Origin: Minisyncoccia bacterium
GTDB lineage: Bacteria > Patescibacteriota > Minisyncoccia > Phycocordibacterales > Phycocordibacteraceae
Reading direction: 5' to 3'
Assembly: GCA_038228545.1 (NCBI GenBank)
Contig: JBBRPE010000003.1
Coordinates: 442 to 64,441, forward strand
Length of the DNA: 64,000 nucleotides
Shown here: in pieces, positions 60,538 to 64,000 of the stretch
Numbering within the stretch: the stretch's first letter is position 1
How the letters are laid out: each line of letters starts with the position of its first letter
Translations under genes and position numbers: made by a program
Notes under the pieces: model-generated
Databases searched by the model: none
Seen by the model: the letters and a program-made list of their open reading frames with translations, nothing else
Told to the model about the DNA's origin: nothing

Positions 60538-60741
60538 CTATTTGAGAGCATATGGTGCCTGAATTCCTCCAGACCACGGCTTGTTGTGGGCCTTCGGCAG
60601 TAGAGGCTCTGACACACTGCGAACCGGCGGTTGAGCGGGACCGAACTCCCGGTCAGCGCATTCGTCGCAAGTGAGGCGGACCAGCTCAGCGCTGGAACGA
60701 AGTACTGAAATGCAATGCGGTCGAGTGCAAATCTCAGGCAT
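60538..60741 (-). CDS. Small putative Zn-finger orphan
   Basis: C-x4-C...C-x2-C; SD AGGGGAAG. Confidence 0.5.
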   Translation of the reverse strand: MPEICTRPHCISVLRSSAELVRLTCDECADREFGPAQPPVRSVSEPLLPKAHNKPWSGGIQAPYALK

Positions 60742-60750
60742 CGTCTTCCC

Positions 60751-60888
60751 CTAACCGAGCATAACTTGCGACGGATGGTCCGGCTCGTTTCCGGTTGCAA
60801 TAACCGTAGGCGTTTCATCAAAATGAGAGTCTTGTGGCTCTTCTGGTTCGGAGTGTTCTTCCGATTCTTGGATACTGGTCGTTCCCAT
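60751..60888 (-). CDS. 45-aa acidic orphan peptide
   Basis: Manual translation MGTTSIQESEEHSEPEEPQDSHFDETPT...; purine-rich RBS. Confidence 0.4.
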   Translation of the reverse strand: MGTTSIQESEEHSEPEEPQDSHFDETPTVIATGNEPDHPSQVMLG

Positions 60889-60963
60889 GTTCCCTGTCCC
60901 TAGGTACTACTATCTCTGCACGACGCAGAGATTTCGAGCCAAATGCTATACTGGCCCCGAGCT

Positions 60964-62607
60964 ATGACTACTGTCAAGGAAATTCTGGGCTCAATGAGCA
61001 ACCTGACGCCGACGGAAACGGCGCTAATCGAGAAGGCATACGTATTCGGCCTCAAGGCACATGATGGGCATAAGCGTTACTCTGGCGATCCCTATTTCAT
61101 ACATCCGTCCGCGGTCGCAAAATATCTCGCAGAATTTGGTATGGACGCAGAGACTATTGCTGCCGCACTTCTGCATGACGCGATAGAAGATGCGAAAGCA
61201 ACTTCCGAAGAAGTCGAGCGTGAGTTTGGGCCCGAAGTACTCTTCCTTGTTGAAGGCGTCACCAAGCTCGGTAAGCATAAATACCAGGGCGGTGAGCGTC
61301 ACGCCGAGTCACTTCGGCGTCTGTTGGTCGCTACTAGTGCCGACGTACGCGTACTCATCATTAAGCTCGCGGACCGGTACCACAACATGAGCACTATCGA
61401 GCATGTACCGGAGCACAAGCGTAAGCGTATTGCGCTCGAGACACTTGAAATATATGCACCTATCGCAGACCGTCTCGGTATCGGACGACTCAAGAAAGAA
61501 CTTGAGGACCTTTCGTTTCCTGCAGTAGACCCGGATGCGTATCAACATGCCGTCGAGGTTCGGAAGCTCAAGAGCAAGGAGTCCGAGGTAGGACTTGCAC
61601 GCGTACAGAAAGACTTGCGACACGCGCTGGTACGTAAAGATATAAAAGACTTCACAACCTCAATTCGCATGAAGGGTCTGTGGAGCCTACATCAAAAACT
61701 GAAGCGTAAAGACGACGACATCACGCAAATACATGACATCGCTGCTTTACGCGTTATTGTGCCGTCCGTAGACGACTGCTATAGGGTGCTGGGCGTCATA
61801 CACGCCCTCTGGAAGCCACTTCCGGGAGAATTCAAGGATTACATCGCCTTCCCTAAACCCAACGGCTATCAGTCGCTTCATACAACGGTACTCACTCCCG
61901 AAGCAGGTATTGTCGAGATGCAGGTGCGCACCCAAGACATGCATCAGCGCGCTCAGTTCGGTATCGCGTCACACATGTCATATAAAGCACTCGGGAAAGA
62001 AGCACCGAAGGGAGCCTTCCAAAAGATGTCGTTTCCATGGATTCGCGACCTACTTCCTACCCTTCTGAATTTCAAACGAGCAACACCCGCAGGTACGACC
62101 GTAAACGTGCCGGTTGCAACGACAAAACAGAAAGCAAAGGCAACGCACAAGGGCGGAGCAGACGTACCCCGCTGGCTTACTGAGCTAGCTGACGCACACG
62201 CGAGCGTTGCGGGCTCACAGGATTTCGTTGATGGCCTTAAGACTGATTTCTTCTCCCATCGCGTGTTCGTATTCACACCGCGCGGCGATGTTATTGACCT
62301 TCCGGTTGAATCCACCGCAGCGGACTTTGCGTATGCAATACATAGCTGGCTCGGCAATCACATGAATGGCGCAAAAGTGAACGGCAAGTTAGTGTCGTTC
62401 GATACACGACTACGCAACGGTGACGTTGTGGAAATTCTTACTCGTGAGTCAGCGCATCCGACGGCGAAATGGCTCGAGTATGCGAAAACCTCAATGGCGA
62501 AGCGCCACATACGCAATGCGCTTGAGCAGATGTCTCCGAAAGCCCCTGTCGTTCCGGAGCCGAAAGCTGCAAAGAAAAAGAAAGCAGCGAAGAAGAAGGC
62601 GAAGTAG
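60964..62607 (+). CDS. rel: RelA/SpoT (p)ppGpp synthetase/hydrolase (HD-SYNTH-TGS, no ACT)
   Basis: LLHDAIED, KLADRYHNM, KDYIAFPKPNGYQSLHT, EMQVRT, DFAYAIHS. Confidence 0.95.
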   Translation: MTTVKEILGSMSNLTPTETALIEKAYVFGLKAHDGHKRYSGDPYFIHPSAVAKYLAEFGMDAETIAAALLHDAIEDAKATSEEVEREFGPEVLFLVEGVTKLGKHKYQGGERHAESLRRLLVATSADVRVLIIKLADRYHNMSTIEHVPEHKRKRIALETLEIYAPIADRLGIGRLKKELEDLSFPAVDPDAYQHAVEVRKLKSKESEVGLARVQKDLRHALVRKDIKDFTTSIRMKGLWSLHQKLKRKDDDITQIHDIAALRVIVPSVDDCYRVLGVIHALWKPLPGEFKDYIAFPKPNGYQSLHTTVLTPEAGIVEMQVRTQDMHQRAQFGIASHMSYKALGKEAPKGAFQKMSFPWIRDLLPTLLNFKRATPAGTTVNVPVATTKQKAKATHKGGADVPRWLTELADAHASVAGSQDFVDGLKTDFFSHRVFVFTPRGDVIDLPVESTAADFAYAIHSWLGNHMNGAKVNGKLVSFDTRLRNGDVVEILTRESAHPTAKWLEYAKTSMAKRHIRNALEQMSPKAPVVPEPKAAKKKKAAKKKAK

Positions 62608-62629
62608 TAGTTGCGGATTGTAGAAACGC

Positions 62630-63631
62630 TTACACGACGAAGTTTGAAACGGAGTACAAATCATCCTCAGGCTCAGCAACTATAGGCGCGTCAGCCGGAA
62701 TCTGTGTGGTGTTCGGATGTATCGGCATGTCACCGCTTACTACTTCCGCCACTGCTTCGGTAGCTTCAACACTCATTGCGAGTTGTGCCTCCTGACGCTC
62801 CGCGAGTATAGCGGCAATGTGCGAAAGGTCTTCCGGCGAGAAAAATTCAATGAGCACGCGTCCGCCCTGTGGACGATTTTCAATAAGCACACGGGTGCCC
62901 AGTGTTTCCGTCAGACTCTTCTCAAGCTCCATCATTTCGGGAGTCTTGTCGTGCTTGCGAATTTTATCGGTCGCTATACGGCGAGCAAGTTGCTCCACAA
63001 CACGAACTGAGCTTTTCTTCAAAACGATTTCTTTGAAAAGGGTGTCGCGTTCCGCTGGTCGGTCGTTCAACATCAACAATGCACGAGCATGACCCTCGGA
63101 GATTTCTTTATTTACTACGGACTGCTGAATGGCTTCCGGGAGTGCAAGGAGGCGTATGGAATTAGAAATATATTCGCGGCTACGGCCTATTTTTGCAGCC
63201 ACCTCAGTGTGCTGAAGTCCAAATTCTGCAACGAGCTGTTGGAATGCGGTTGCACGGTCTATTGCATTTAAATCTTCACGTTGCAGGTTCTCGATGATAG
63301 CGAGCTCAAGCTTCATCTTGTCGCTCTGTTCTCCCTGACGAATTACGACAGGTACTTCCCGAAGTCCTATAAGTCGCGAAGCGCGGAGGCGACGCTCGCC
63401 TGCTATGAGTTCGTAGGAAGTCTGTATGCCACCATCCGGTTTCTCTATTTCTTTTCGCGTGACGGTAAGTGGCTGGAGAATACCGTATTGGCGAATCGAG
63501 TCCGCGAGTGATTTGAGTGCGGATTCTTCAAATTCGTGACGAGGTTGGTAGGGATTCGCCTCAATACGATTAACTTCGACCCAATAGACGGAGTCGTACT
63601 TCGTTGGTTCGGTGTATTTGCCCTCGCTCAT
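62630..63631 (-). CDS. parB: ParB/Spo0J partition protein
   Basis: NPYQPR, LIAGERRLRAS, IENLQREDL, HTH; start at MSEGK (TACAAT + 7 nt). Confidence 0.96.
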   Translation of the reverse strand: MSEGKYTEPTKYDSVYWVEVNRIEANPYQPRHEFEESALKSLADSIRQYGILQPLTVTRKEIEKPDGGIQTSYELIAGERRLRASRLIGLREVPVVIRQGEQSDKMKLELAIIENLQREDLNAIDRATAFQQLVAEFGLQHTEVAAKIGRSREYISNSIRLLALPEAIQQSVVNKEISEGHARALLMLNDRPAERDTLFKEIVLKKSSVRVVEQLARRIATDKIRKHDKTPEMMELEKSLTETLGTRVLIENRPQGGRVLIEFFSPEDLSHIAAILAERQEAQLAMSVEATEAVAEVVSGDMPIHPNTTQIPADAPIVAEPEDDLYSVSNFVV

Positions 63632-63696
63632 TTGCACCATTGTAGCACCAGCAGGCGCTTTACTATCACGCTGTGCGTGAGTACGATGAGGAAATT

Positions 63697-63777
63697 GCCG
63701 GGGTGGTGGAATGGTATACACGGTGGATTCAAAACCCGCTGCCGCAAGGCTTGAGAGTTCGAGTCTCTCCCCCGGCA
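63697..63777 (+). tRNA. tRNA-Leu(CAA)
   Basis: GCCGGGG acceptor stem, TTCAAAA anticodon loop, long variable arm GCCGCAAGGC, GAGAG-TTCGAGT-CTCTC; CCA not encoded. Confidence 0.93.
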
Positions 63778-64000
63778 CAGATTTAAGCGAAGCTAAAAGC
63801 TGGGCCGGGGAGTACCTGGCCTTCGCCAGGTACGTGAGAGACTCGAAAGCCGGAGCGATGTTCGGCGAGCACGCCGAACCGCGAGGCGGGACTGCGACCT
63901 AGGCGAGTGACGACGAGCCTAGAGTTGTAGTCGAGAATGTACTCATGTTCTCTCCCCCACCACAAATTGAAAAGCCCTGGCGGTTTCCCGCCAGGGCTTT
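63778..64000 (+). repeat. Inverted and direct tRNA-Leu 3'-end copies with hairpin modules
   Basis: GCCGGGG-[hairpin]-GAGAGACTCGAA (63804-63847), two hairpins, TCGAG...TCTCTCCCCCACCAC, terminal hairpin. Confidence 0.8.

Noticed and set aside
63632-63778. N-terminal extension of ParB in the ORF track
   Set aside because: Reads through the antisense of tRNA-Leu; the true start is 63631.
62630-64000. parS site or oriC near parB
   Set aside because: No TGTTTCACGTGAAACA-like palindrome or DnaA-box cluster was seen; parA is not adjacent.

Overview
Chromosomal segment of a streamlined bacterium. Gene content and style (DUF5671, DUF5663, short UvrC/DnaX/AtpC, VirD4-like ATPase next to a giant orphan, leaderless genes) point to Patescibacteria/CPR, probably Parcubacteria; this is inference. 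TGA is used as stop, so genetic code 11. The window holds housekeeping genes (leuS 5' part, ychF, F-ATPase operon, mltG, ddl, uvrABC, tgt, dnaX, dus, serS, dprA, topA, rel, parB), three tRNAs (Ala-TGC, Gln-TTG, Leu-CAA) and many singleton orphans. The strongest signals are non-coding and sit at the tRNAs. (1) Downstream of tRNA-Gln is an integron-like array of single AT-rich genes, each delimited by a ~27-bp repeat whose left half matches the tRNA 3' end; no integrase is present. (2) The tRNA-Gln is nested in a long hairpin inside a second, split tRNA-Gln copy. (3) tRNA-Ala and tRNA-Leu are each followed by modules with the same layout, built from inverted and direct copies of their own 3' ends plus hairpins. 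Also seen: three ERIC-like repeats, a candidate 6S-like RNA, a leader peptide coupled to atpB, and two expression styles (leaderless core genes versus SD + boxA-like orphans). All calls come from reading the sequence and ORF track; no database search was run. Many start codons were moved relative to the ORF track using the leaderless -10 pattern.
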